Shown here: positions 50,754 to 64,000 of the stretch, piece by piece
How positions within the stretch are numbered: the first letter of the stretch is position 1
How the letters are laid out: each line of letters starts with the position of its first letter
Assembly (NCBI GenBank): GCA_951406725.2
Contig: OX597822.1
Coordinates: 116,002,001 to 116,066,000 of the forward strand
Direction of reading: 5' to 3'
DNA length: 64,000 nt
Source: Octopus vulgaris
Lineage: Eukaryota
Made by a program: the position numbers and the translations under genes
The notes under the pieces: generated by a model
What the model was told of the DNA's origin: nothing
Seen by the model: only the letters and a program-made list of their open reading frames with translations
Databases searched by the model: none

Positions 50754-51635
50754 TGTAATTATAACATCAGAATGAGCAATTTGATAGTTGATTGCTGGCC
50801 ATATCAAATAGACAGAGAGAGAGAGAGGGGGGGAGACGAAGGAAACGGTAGAGCATGGCCAAGCGCCTATTTCTTGTATTGTTGTTTTAGGTTCCATCCA
50901 TCTCCCATCCTCATGTTTACTGCTGCTGCTGCGGCTGCTGCTGCTGCTATTACAGTTGCCATCGTTGATGAGGTCGATCCACCTTATTTTTTTTAATCCT
51001 TTTCTTTCTTCCCCCTTTTTTTTTCTTAACCGAATGACTTAACTACTAAACTAGACCAATAATAGCAATCACACTTACTTTTCAAGTAAAAAGTTTGTCG
51101 TCAGACAGACCGGCTGGCAGGCAGGCTGACAGACATTCTCCCGGACAAGGAGCGAACCACTCGCCCGCCTCCCTGTCTGTCCGTCCGTCTCCAGATAGAT
51201 GTAGTGTGTGTGTGTGTGTGTGTGATACGGGAGGGGGCAATGTTTGGTGAAACGGTCGGCGATGTGTGTCAATTGGTAGACATAAATTTATATATACAGT
51301 ATAAATATATATATACATATATATGTTTGAGAGAGAGCATCTATGTATATTATATATATATATATATATATATAATGCGTGTGTGTGTGTTATATTGTTA
51401 AACGGTCCACGGTGGTGAGAAATGGTTGGTAGTCGGCGCCACACTGCAGTGGAATTGAAATGAAACGGTTTGGTAATGCCTTCGTTTTGCGTCAGGAAAG
51501 GAAGGAAACTATGTACAGCAGTCGTCAGTTCCGACTGATACAAGAAGTAAATAAATATACAAAGCGTTTTGGAGGGGTGGCTTTGACAAATTCACCAAGA
51601 ACTGCGTGTGTGTGTGCGTGTGCGTGTGCGTGTAC

Positions 51636-51667
<32 letters not shown>

Positions 51668-51930
51668 GCGTGTGTGCGTGTGTGCGTGTGTGTGTGTGTG
51701 CGTGTGTGCGTGCGTGTGTGTGTGTGCGTCCGTGTAAGGTTTCATCAGAGAAACTCGCTTCACAGTTGACTAACAGACATTTAATAAACAAAGATACGCA
51801 CAGAAAAAGACAGATATACGCGCTCGCGCACACGTACGTGCGCGTATGTAGATGCGTTTGTAGTAGTAGCAGTAGCAGCAGCAGCAGCAGCAGTAGTTCT
51901 GTGCCCAGCTGTCTGCAACTATGACACAAG

Positions 51931-51973
<43 letters not shown>

Positions 51974-52825
51974 ATGCTCACATTTCTATCCTTCTTCCTC
52001 TTTCTTTCCCTTCTGCTCCACCTCCTCCAACTCGTCGATTGACTAAGCCCACTCGACCAATTCCTTTTACGCCGTGCAGTCTTGCTTGCCTTCATGCATG
52101 GCTGGGCACAGCCAATAAAACATGAGGAAGGCGAGGCTAGGAAGTGACAAGCAGCAAATCGTAAGGAGTAGACAGAGGAAGAGAGACAGAGAGAGAGAGT
52201 GTTTGTAGCCTTTCTCACTCTTACTCTGTCTTTTCCCCCCTCTCTTGTTTTTTTTTTTTTATGCACCAACTATTCTAGTAATCAGTTCCACTCCAATTGA
52301 TGTGTCATGGCGAGACACTACCACCAAATCAACACAGTATAGTTGGAACTGTCTTAATTCGTTGCTGTCCCGGCAGACAATTCACACACACACACACACA
52401 CAGAGGAAGAGGGAAAGAGAGAGAGAGAGAGAGAGAGAGATTCCCTGGATACCACTACCTTACCATCAGCTTCCGCTAGAACCATCAACCTCACTTCCCG
52501 TGTCTCCACCGTTCTTTTGCTCCTTACCCCCACTTCTTCACCCAGCCCTACCCGTCCGTCTCCTCTCCTTCCAGCTTCCAGTGAAGAGCTTTGAGAAAGA
52601 GAGAGAGAGAGAGAGAGAGAATTCGGTTGGAAATTTAGTGGATTCCAATAGAAGTTACAATCCACTGTTGCAACAGTCAGTTACCAAATAGCCGCTAGTT
52701 CCACTCGAGTTGGCATTGAAGAAATAAATGAGAAGCTTTCAGTGGCGTTCAGTTGTGAAAGCCACTTGCCTGGAAATTGCATGGCATCCTTCCAGACCAA
52801 GGATCAACATCAAATTTAGTTTCTC

Positions 52826-52857
<32 letters not shown>

Positions 52858-53100
52858 CCTCGCGCACACACACACACACACACACACATCTGTATAGAAA
52901 AACTGATGACATCCATGCACACCATCGGCAGCATCTAATAACATTAGCAAGGCATAACAAACTGATAGATATTTCTTGCTTTAATACCATCCTCCATCCA
53001 CCTCCCTCCTCACCTCCACATACAACCAGATTCATCTTCAAAAGCTGTCAAAAGATGTGTGTGTGTGTGTGTATCATCATCATCAAACAGGCGTTAAAGG

Positions 53101-53134
<34 letters not shown>

Positions 53135-56100
53135 ATATAATTGTATGTATGTTGCATCTCCTTATATCCAGATATAAGAAGATGCAAGGAGAAAAGGAAC
53201 GAGGAGGGGTCAATGAAAGGAACCGAATGGGGGACAAGAAGATCTTACAAAGATGAGGATGAAAATGGAGAGGGTTTTTAAGGGTGTCACGTGGTCTGTA
53301 TGAACCTCCTCGTGTGTTTATAGCTGTAAATCATTACCAATGACAATTATAAACACTGGATGTTATGTTAACCCTTCAACGTGAGTTAAATCTAATCCCT
53401 GCTGAATGTAAGAATGTGGAAACGGAAACTTGAAAAGGGTTACACCACCACCACCACCACCACCATCATCATCATCATCGTCGTCGTTGTTGTTGTTGTT
53501 GTTATTAGTTTTACCTTTATCTTAGCCATGCCAGTGTGGACTGGCAGACTTTTAGACAACCTCTTGGAGTTTAGTTATTCTTTCGAAGATGACCTGCACG
53601 GATTAACCAGATCGACTCCAATCAATTGTTACTCAAGTAATCCTTGGCATAAACAAACTTGGTAATTAGTTACTTTAACTACCAGTTTCATAGTATTTCA
53701 TCTCTCAACACTTCATCAAGCTACTGATGGAATTTATATATGGTTGATCCACTGCTAGAAATAGCAACCAGAATTCTCTCAACTGATTACATTACAAAAT
53801 AGGAAGATATGTTTTGATAATGTTGCCTGACTTATAACTGTCGTCAGTCCATTGGTGATGGTGTCTTCCACACCTGACACATACCCAGGACAGTACCAAA
53901 CATGGGGATTCACTCAAGATGGTCAAATGGCAGGTTGCAAATAGATCCAAACTATTTTAGCTTTTGTTTGTGCAATGTTTACCAGGCTAGTAGGATTGCA
54001 GATTTAGTTTAGGAGTGTCACAGACAACCTGTGTGTTATTTAGAAAGTCCCATAGCTTGCAGGTGTTTCTGAATGGCTTTGCCTAATGAAAAATTACCTT
54101 CAAATTTTCAGTAGTGCCGCCCACTTGATGATGAACCCTGTCCTATGCGGCCCAGTTCTTACCCATGCCTGATCTAAGACATAAGCTTCAGTCTTGTGCA
54201 CTGGACCCATAACATATCACACCAGTATCATAACTTGAAGCTGCTGTCTTTGTATCAGGGGTTAATGTTTAGTTGGGACTCCTCCCGGCCATACAGAGTC
54301 ACTGAGAAGCCACTACTCATATCTTTGTGTTGTGGGACACACTGTGATTTTTTTTCCCACTTCATGTCCGATTGCTCATACCCCAGCCTGCAATAAATTT
54401 CATAGTGACTGTGGCAGTCATGTAGATGCAGTAACCTAGATGTTTGGATTCTTTTTTACTTGATCAATCACCTGGCCATTGACCTAACTCAGTTGGGTAT
54501 TCATAAGATCTCACAACCAATATTTGGTCTTAGCAGTATTCAAACACAGACAACCCAGTTAGTTCCCTGGTGTGTCTTATGCAGAACAACAGACCTTCAT
54601 CGCTGGTTGTAAGTAGGGTGATCTCTTGGGCATGTTAATGACTAACTAGTTTGTTTATTTCCAACCATACCCTTCCAGGCCATTCTCTTCACCATATATA
54701 TGTCCCCATATACATTGAGCCATAACTAAGAGCTTAAGAATGTAAAGAAAAAAACATAGTTATCTGTAAAAACCACTTACATACAAATATTTAAAATACA
54801 CAAAATATGCACAAAGGAAAAATAATTTTAAAATCTGTAGAAAGCATAACATCACAGCTTTGGTCTTCTCCTTCTAACAATCATATAATATTCACTATAC
54901 ACCTTCAGCATAAACTATAGCGGGATGTTTATTTTCCTTTCTGAGTCTTGAATGGAGTTCAGTCACAGTAAACAGATAATATTTCATGCTATAGAGCTGC
55001 TTGATGTTAAATTCTGTTGGAGCTGGAAGAAGGCTATAAAAGTAGTTAAAAGGCTATATAAAATGGAGCTTTATATGTGTATATGTATATGTGTATGTAT
55101 ATATAACAAGACCAAAAGCCATAGATAAACGTAGGGAAATAATATTTTTTACTTCTTGTGCCTTTAGATTAAACAATGTTACAGCTATTAGTCTAGACTT
55201 ATTGAAACTGTTGAATGTAGATATTTAAAAGTGGAAGATCAAATTATGAAAATCTCCGAGGTTGACTTCCAAGGAACTGTGAATATTTATTGTAGGTGAT
55301 TCCGAGTGTTATTATATATTTTAATATTTGTAGCTGATGATGTAACAAACTTTTGGAATGGTGGACAAAATCAATTAGTAATTGATTGTAGGGCATGAAC
55401 TCATAAGAGATACAGGACCTTTACTGCAGACTAGCTATTGAAGAGGTCAGCAGAAAAGGGACTTCTGGTTAGGCGGCAAATTAGAGCCTGGCTCAAATGG
55501 TGGATCATGCTCTCTTTCTCATATTGTAAATGATTAACACAGAATAAACAACACCTCAACACATTCTCATTTGTGGTTATTTAACAAGATGATAATCAGG
55601 ACGGAGGTGGTCTTTTAATTAAAATATTTTATCAGCAAGCAGCATCTTTATATAAAGCAAGAATTTTGAGATTATGGGAATATGGTGATTTTTCAAAAGT
55701 TATAAAATGTATTCAGATGGCTAAGTCCAACTAAACTTGTCCCAGAAAAGTCATTTAAATCACTTGAGGTGATTTATGAGGGTAAACAGTAACATTTCTA
55801 TATTCCATAGTCAGCCAGAAAGATTACTATCAGAAACAAAGAGGTTGTTCTCAGTTGTAGCTAAAACTATTCATTATTACAGTTTATGTCACATTAGCAA
55901 GGTTTCAGTGAAAAAATTTTAAGTAGCCATGGGCCATTTTCTCTCATGTGCTTGATGACAGGCAATTATTAGGCAGAAAATCTCGCTAACCATTGATGTC
56001 TACAAAATAACATTTCCTTGACATGTTCGCTCCTCTTTTGTTTGAAAGTGATTTTTATGATTCATACTATAATTTACAGCACATCTGTCACATGGCCTTT

Positions 56101-56786
56101 TTTTTTTTGTTTTTATGTTATCATTTTTGTTTTCCCCTCCTTTGTGGAAATATGTCATTAGCATCTTTTCAAATGCTTTAACTTAAACAACTTGGCGCAT
56201 TTAAGATAAAAAAAAAAAAAAACTACAAAACATCTTATGTACATAAAATACTGACTTGAATTTAAATGCTTATACTTTCTCTTGGCACTTACAAAGCTGT
56301 CATACAAAATTTAGTAAACATTTTACAATATAAGGTAGCCAGCCATATATGCCAGACACCAGTTAAAACAAAATACTTGAATTTCTCCATGAAATCAGTG
56401 AGAAATAATTACCTTATTTTCATTATTATCTTAATGATCATAATGAAGTTGAGACAGAGCGTACACTCAAAATCATAACAACATTGAGCCATATCTCTGC
56501 TACTTTTCCCTTTTTTACAACTTCTTGACACCCTCTTCAAAATAACCAAAACCATTTCCTTAGTCATACACTCGGCTCTTCTCTTTTACTCTCAACCAAA
56601 ATACTATTTTAACAACACCCATAGTTTATTCTACAATAAATTGAAGGATTTTTTTTTTTCCCCCTATCAAGTGGAATTAACGGTTCCTGAAAGAACAAGG
56701 ACCAGCTGCCAGCTCTAAGGTTGATGGTATCCCAGGCAAGCTGAATTTTGTCACTCTTAAATATTTTTTTTATTCATTTTCCACAG

Positions 56787-56950
56787 AAAGGAAAGATGTC
56801 TCTGTGGGAATAAAGTGTTCATAACATTAGACAAGATAAAGAAAACAGCTAAAACACAGCACCAGATTCAAATCATTTCATTTGCTACAACAAAAGGAAA
56901 GCAATTGTATCTCCACAACTAGAAATGATCTCAGCACATTGGACAATAAG
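56787..56950 (+). other. candidate non-coding exon
   Basis: Strong acceptor ttttttttattcattttccacag and donor AAG|gtaaat. Stops in all three frames. Confidence 0.3.
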
Positions 56951-59326
56951 GTAAATGAAGGTCAAAAGAGTGTGCAGGATCACATTTTCTTTTAACAAAT
57001 TTTCTCTTAAATAATTAAAGAATATTTACGAAAAAACAGATGAATGTTAGAATGATATATGTTCCTCAACTTTAGATCTACAAATGTTTCCATGACCCAA
57101 TCTATATTTATCTATTTTTCAATATCATTTTGTGTTGACAAAATTACCAAAGAATTTAATCTACTTTGTATTGTGGATGACTAAATACCTTTCTAATGTT
57201 TAGTTTGCAAAAACTTTTCTCCCCTGGCCACAAACGTATTTAAACATATAAAGAGACAACCCCTCCCCTAACACTGGTGCCCTGGACAACAGCCCAGATT
57301 GCTGACACTTCAACCAGCCTTGGCAGGAACAACCTTGAGATCATGTCTTTCAATTCTAGATAAAGTAAATTGTTTCTGCCAGCTTGATGAAATATTTGAT
57401 ATTTGGTCATAGCTAGGGTGTAAAGGAGATGAAATAAGTCAGAGTCATTCTATGTAAAAGGGAGATTGTATGAAGCCTGCCTAAGGAACACAATATTGAA
57501 TGAAAGTAAGACTTGGATACCAAAGTGAAAGATTTGCAGAGATTGGAAAGAATTGTATAAGAACAAAATGGGTGAACAACATTAATTTGCATAGAAGGCA
57601 AATTACAAGTAAAGGTATAGACATGTGCCCAGAACTAGCAGTGAGAAATAAAGACAAGCAGGTGAAGAAATAGGGGTCATATCTAAGGACTATGGTATGG
57701 ACAAGATCACAGTACACCATGCAGCAAACCTGTCCAGTCAATGTCAACATGGAAAACCGGAAATGACAATAATGATGAAGCTTTGGAAGTGTTCCATAAT
57801 AAATTAATTATAAAGTTTATAATATAGAATATTTTTAAAAAAAGGAAGACAAGTAAAAGAAACAGATGAATAACATAACGAAGACTGCATCGAAAAACTA
57901 GATTTGATGACCTTTTTTTTAGGGTCAGAAAATATCCCAGCCCTGAATAGTGGCTGATTGATCTCAAGACACCCAAATATATTAAAGTACAGCAGGTCTT
58001 AAATCTGAAGTATGGCAAATCCTAGCTTACTGGCTAATCAATTAATCAGTTAATCAATGTTTGTGTTACATTTCTATTTGAGTAGAATTCAAACAGAACA
58101 ACCCACAACAAAAAGTATTTATAGGGAAGAGAAACACATTTGCAATTAGATTTAACTTTTGTATCATCATCATCATCATTGTCTTCAACAATCAATTTAC
58201 CAATGACTCAAACACTAGTTTTCCATACATGATTTCTTAAGAACTTCACAAATCAAAATGTTTCACAAAATACATAGAACGGTCAATAAATCTGCAAGTT
58301 AGTTACCAATTATTCAGAATGATTTCATTCCATTGAAAATATTATTTCAGTTATAGCGATTACACTGATGGTTTCATAAATCGAATATCTTTAACTGGCA
58401 TTTTAGAATAAAGTTTAACGTCTGATTTTCTTGCTCTGATTATGAATGGCCTTCATCTTTCTGTGCAATGTTGTCTTGTGAAATAGGGTTATATAAAAAC
58501 ATACCCGGGTTTATACAAGTTACCTAACATAAACACTTGCAAGTACACCATTATAGTAAATTAAAAACAAAAATATAATATTAAAAAGAAAAAAGCTAAT
58601 AGTGATTAATAATAGACAGTTAGTAAATGCTGACAATGTGTGCCAATGTTAGGCCAGGAACTGGAAGTTTCAAAGCACTGACTCATGTTTATATAGTTTA
58701 CAGTTGGCAAACATCTGCTGCACCTGCAGTCCCATAGCTAACCTGTCAGGTCACACTGACAAGCTAAATCAGCACTCATTTATCTGAAAATATGCTGCAA
58801 ATGAACATAACATTGGTTCCCCTTCGATGGAGAGACTACTTGAAACAAAGGCAAAATTATGATTGCTCCAAATTATATCACTTGAAAATACAACTTGTAT
58901 AATGTGAGGGGGGTGGGGAGTTCTTTTCTGTTTTTTGTTTTTTTTGTTGTAGTTGTTGTAGTTTGGGCCTCTTGCAAGTATTGCACAAGTGGGACAAGTT
59001 ATATTTCTTGAAAAATGATTTTCAGACCATTCTCATCATCATCCCCATCTAATCACTCACTAAGCAAAAATTAATCTCCACAAGTTTGTCACACCTGCTT
59101 GTTTGTGTGGTCGTCCACTCTACTGAAGCTTGGGGGTTCAATCTTCTATTATAATAATACTCTAATGTTTTTCTCCATCACAACATATGAATGAGAAAAG
59201 AAGGAGTGGTAGATGAAAAAGAAACGAAGGGGTGATGGCAAACTTGGTAGTGGGATGACGGAAATACTATTGGCGCAAAAAAATTTATATATACTTTGTG
59301 TGAGTATATATGTGTGTGTGTGTATG

Positions 59327-60110
59327 TGAAGAGGGAACCTGTGGAAGAGGTAGACCCAGGAAGACCTGGGATGAAGTGGTGAAGCACGACCTTCGAACAT
59401 TAGGCCTCACCAAGGAAATGACTAGTGACCGACACTTGTGGAAATATGCTGTGCTCGAGAAGACCCGGCAAGCCAGATGAAATCATAACCCGTGGTCTAT
59501 GCCAGGAGCATAACCAGCCTGCTTATGCGTAGCTTTTCCTTCTTTGGTCACTAAACTCTGCTTGTGAAGACCTGTTGAGGCAAGTGAAATCAAAATCAAA
59601 ATCAAAATCAAATTCGATGACTGGCATCCGTGCTAGCAGGGTGCAAAGAGCACCATACGAGTGTGATCGTTGACAGAGCGGCTATTCGAGTACGATTGTT
59701 ACCAGCGACGCCTTACTGGCACTTATGCCTGTGCTAGTAGGGTGCCAAGAACACCATCCGAGCATGATCGTTGCCAGAGCAGCCAACTGGTTTCCATACC
59801 CGTGGCACGTAAAAGGGCACCATTCGAGCGTGATCATTACTAACGTCGCTTCACTGGCACCTGTGCCGGTGGCACGTGTAAAAAGATTCGAGCGAGGTCA
59901 TTGCCAGTACTGCCTGACTAGCCCCCATGCAGGTGGCACGTAAAAAGCACACATTACACTCTCGGAGTGGTTGGCATTAGGAAGGGCATCCAGCTGTAGA
60001 AACTCTGCCAGATCAAGACTGGAGCCTGGTGCAGCCATCTGGTTGCCAGTCCTCAGTCAAAATCGTCCAACCCATGCTAGCATGGAAAACGGACGTTAAA
60101 TGATGATGAA
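59327..60110 (+). mobile_element. RTE LINE 3' fragment with an expanded 3'-UTR repeat array
   Basis: Encodes EGTCGRGRPRKTWDEVVKHDLRTLGL, followed by five or more repeat units and the standard tail. Starts at the edge of a (TG)n tract. Confidence 0.9.
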
Positions 60111-61940
60111 TAGTCAGCTGTATAATATAAATACTGAAATACATTGAGATAGAGAAAAATTTCCTTTTCGTTAGCATTTATTAAACTTTGGGTGAACCCT
60201 TTTGATACCAACCTACCTGAGACCACTCTGGGTTTTATGATACAAACTTCCTTTTTTAAAGGGATCCAAAAACCTTTTATCAAAACCTCATGTTAATTTA
60301 CATTCTAAATACCAGCTTAATAATGTTATTTTATGAAATTCTTCATTAAGTTCATAATTAATAGAAATAAAGATAGTGAATTTCAACAGAAATATGGTAA
60401 CAAAAGAGTTAGTATGGCTATTTCTTTTGATGATGTAACTGAATGGTAAAAAAGATTTTCCAAAAAAAAAAAAACTGATCAACTTGTTTAACTTCAAAAC
60501 ACTCACCAAAAAAAAGGGAATAAGAAACCCATATCACAATCCACTATGTTTTATTGATGATTTACAAAAAGTAAAATTTTATAAAGCAAATGGAAGAATT
60601 TGTGTTGGACAAAGCTATTTTAATCTGAATACTAAAAGTACAGGAATATAAAATTCAGTTCTCAAATTAATGAGCACTGACCGAAAAAGTAAGGCAATTT
60701 ATATAAACAAGAGAACTGACATTTTCCAAAAGGTTAGAGAAATTACCACTCTCCAAGATGAAGTGTGGAAATCTTAAACCAAGTTACTGCCTCTCTAGGT
60801 AGAAAGGTGTTAGCTAAAGTAGTTCAAGTGTAAATCTAAATTCTCAAGAGGGCATTACCAGTTCACAACTTATTAAGTTATATATCACTGGAGTAATAAT
60901 AATTGTCCACAAAGTTTTGGAATTCTTAAATGTATCTCAGGGAGGATAGAACATTACTGGGAATGGGAATGGGAAATAGGGTCCATTTTGACTGGCAGAT
61001 TTCTACTGTCAACTAACTTTAAAATATGGGGCTCATTAAATTGATATACAAATGTATCATAGTTTCCAAAAAATCTTAACACTTTAACAGTCACTTTTGA
61101 AGTTAAATTAATTTCAGCTCAATACTGATAAATGAAACATAGAACTTCAACAGAAGTCTTCCAGTGAAATTATGGCTCAATCTTCATAGCACATTTTTTT
61201 TTTTTTTCACAGGTATCCTAAGCAGAAAGAGATCTTTCATAAAACAGTCCTTAAAACATTTAAGTTAGAAGTGGACTGTCAAACATTAGGAAAAGGAAAA
61301 TACAGCTGGATCATTGTTTGAATTTATTTTTAAGATTCATCTCTTGAATGCTCTGGGATGCAGTGTCAGTGATGCTTCTGAGTGTCAAGGGGTTGCCCAG
61401 TTGACCCAACCAGGGTGGATCAAATCACAGATTGCATCCCAAAAGCAGCAAACCACTGGTCAACCCTCTTTATCTGAAGCCACTTATCTGCAGCTTCAGT
61501 GATGGGATTTATAGCCCCCACACACACACACACTTTTTTTTGATGCACCAATAACTCTAAGCCCGATCAGACCTTTGCGAGGGGCCCACTTCAGTTGCCT
61601 CACAACATGCCTACCAGTCTCAGTTTCTCTACTGCTCTAACCAATCATATAATTGTTTCTTAACTTGTTTTATACGTGAGACAAGAAGAATCAGTGACAA
61701 TTGTAGTATTTTATATTAGTTGATTTTGTATTATTTGATTCTCAAAATGGCTAGAACTATCAAAATGTAATTGTAAAAGGATTAATTACAACAAAAATCA
61801 ACAAGTCAGTAGAAACACATAAAAATGAAAAAGCTTGAGAATTGCTTTTTTGCAAAGAAATTTCTTGCTTCAATATTTACTCAATGATGAGAGCAGGAGA
61901 AATGGTCAATATTTGTTAGAACAATAACTTTTTACACAGC

Positions 61941-62145
61941 TTAACCTTTTAACATTCAGATTACTGTCAAATACAATGCTTATTTATTCACATTGTTTAG
62001 TATTAATCATGCATTGTTTTGTAGCTTTGAGATTTTGATGATAGTTTACTTTTAAAATGGTATCGTAGGATAGGTGTAAGAGACCAGATCTAGCCTGTTT
62101 AAAACAGGCAAAGTATTTGAGCCAGAGTATTTGCTAAATGGTTCA
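61941..62145 (+). mobile_element. piggyBac-like MITE
   Basis: Copy of 24600-24826 starting with TTAA. Confidence 0.75.
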
Positions 62146-62762
62146 TACTTTTTAATTGCCAGCCACTTCAACATTTTGTCACAGACTGAACTCATAAGCG
62201 CTACCTCATATAAAGAACATAGTTTGATTCTTTATGATCTATGTCTACAAATATTTTAAGATAGCTTCTTCAATTTCGAGAAATTCCTTGATGCTAACCA
62301 CTTACTTTACATCTGCAGTTCCTGTTCAAATATTGTAAATAAAATTTACACATTTTTTTTTCTTTAAGTATTTCTCTCAAATAACATTCACCAACAAATT
62401 TCATCTTTGAATTCCTGATGCATTTCCAGATATTGATACCATTTCATTCACAACTTAAAATTAACGACCCATGCACAATATAATCTATAACCAATCACAA
62501 CAAATACTGGACTGACTGAACATGAAAACAACTTTCCTACACTTTGTGCTCTGCTTTCAACTGAAATTAGTAATTTTGATTCTGTTCTCAGCTTACTAAC
62601 TAACCAAAACGGCTTTAAACATAAAACAATGACAAATTAATTATTTCTCCAGATTCCAGGTTTATATACCATTTCAAGATCCCTGGATTTTCCAAGAATG
62701 GTTTGGTTTCATGTCTGCTTTATTACTCACTGTTATCAACGTTCTGTCTGTCTGCTTATTTA

Positions 62763-62805
<43 letters not shown>

Positions 62806-62839
62806 CAGACAGGAATAAAAATCGCTCTGTGTATGTATA

Positions 62840-62898
<59 letters not shown>

Positions 62899-63400
62899 TT
62901 TGTGTGTGTGTGTGTGTGTACATATATGAAATTCTAACTCTTCCACTCAACGAATTAACAGACTCATTTGATGACATTGCTTACATAATCTAAACCCATA
63001 ACAGGAAGAGTGACATCCCATCTCCAACCATAAACACACAAACTAGAATCCTGGCTTCAGAAGAATAGATTAAAAGATATCCAACTTCATGCAGACATTA
63101 AAAACACAACAGAATTCAGATTAATATTCTAAAGTCATTGTTTCTTTCACTCGTCTCTATCCACAAAAACAGCAATAAAATGCAGTTTTCATCCAGAGCC
63201 AAACCGCTCTGGGTTGCCTTCCATAACAAATCTCTACACCTCAACCATGTAATAAACCATTAATAACCACCGTCAACTGTATTGCTTACGTGCTAACCAT
63301 ATCCATGCGGTTTTTCTCAAGTGAATGAAGAAACCTCTACATGGTTGCTTGCTTTGCAAGAAATTACAGCTAAGTTTCCCTCAACTCACACCATATTATC

Positions 63401-63633
63401 TTAACCCTTTAGCAGTCAAACCAACCGTATCCATCCCCAAATATTCTCGCTGTGTTATGGTCAAACTAGCTGCCTCTAGACTTAGCCTCATACTTAGCCT
63501 TTGATGTCATTCTGAAAATAAACAGCCACATCACTGAAACTGCAAATCGACAAGATAAGGCATGATTAATTCAAAACAATGAGATTAGCTAAACATTACA
63601 TTTGACAGAGTAATCCGAATGCGAAAGTGTTAA
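63401..63633 (-). mobile_element. piggyBac-like MITE
   Basis: TTAAccctttagca ... gaatgcgaaagtgTTAA, a reverse copy of the family. Confidence 0.78.
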
Positions 63634-64000
63634 AAGAAAGAAGACCACATGAAAAAATGTAGACCTACAGACATTTGACAGAGAAAATGTTAGAATTGAA
63701 CGACAACTTTAATGTCACTGTGTAAGGGATGCAGTTGTGTAGTGTGTGATCACAACTGTGCATTCTCTTGTAGTATTTGATAATATGCCATGATATTGAA
63801 CAGGCAGCTATATCTGGGCCCTTGGAATATTGATTGCTCTGGAAATGGAGAAGTTGTTGATTAGCCTCAGATTAACAGTAATCAAGAAGATACACTATAA
63901 TCAAAAACATTCCAGCCAAGACCATTCCATATTTTGGGTATCTAGGACTACATTTTCTCATGTGTTTATTTATTTAATCCTTTAGCAAAAAATCCAGCCA

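Larger units (their letters stand above)
43100..53400. promoter_or_regulatory. CpG-retaining, TE-poor domain (putative unmethylated promoter/regulatory region)
   Basis: By eye, unique sequence here has frequent CG while the flanks are CG-depleted outside young TEs. Motifs include TTACGTCATTGG (about 49172), CCAAT boxes at about 52057 and 52112, AGGAAGTG at about 52139 and GTCACGTG at about 53286. Confidence 0.45.

Noticed and set aside
38652-50897. Many long ORFs (up to 254 aa) rich in YI, MYVC, HTYI and SIYL
   Set aside because: They are translations of stop-free (TA)n, (CATA)n and (GATA)n microsatellites, not genes.
62150-62460. Possible hAT transposase C-terminal relic (RNFSKLKK) on the minus strand
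   Set aside because: A single short motif in very degenerate sequence is not enough to call.
1-64000. Conserved miRNAs, spliceosomal snRNAs and prokaryotic defence or operon systems
   Set aside because: I saw no full matches to recalled mature miRNA or snRNA sequences and no gene-dense prokaryote-like segment. An Infernal/Rfam scan would be needed to exclude them.

Overview
AT-rich, microsatellite-dense animal genomic DNA. The repeat families resemble those I recall from Octopus (coleoid cephalopod); this assignment is inferred, not searched. I recognise no intact host protein-coding gene, and almost all long ORFs in the track are translations of simple repeats or TE fragments. The window contains at least three tRNA-derived SINE families and a young 5'-truncated RTE LINE with a PHD-type finger (34.7-36.6 kb), plus many copies of its 3' tail. 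Two decayed, oppositely oriented CR1-type LINEs flank that RTE. DNA transposons include a full-length decayed mariner, an internally deleted maT-like element, Tigger, hAT and piggyBac MITEs, and Helitron-like ends. There is one dispersed 5S rRNA copy directly upstream of a SINE. A CpG-retaining domain (about 43-53 kb) lies between CpG-depleted flanks that carry exon-like splice signals, on the minus strand to the left and the plus strand to the right. The best leads are: a SINE/CR1 shared 3' stem-loop with compensatory changes; a variable-copy hairpin array in the RTE 3' UTR; the 5S-SINE junction; a constant-21-mer/variable-microsatellite array; a template-switch scar in a CR1; and closely spaced inverted repeats that could form ADAR substrates. 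I found no clearly demonstrable new biological system. TE boundaries are approximate.
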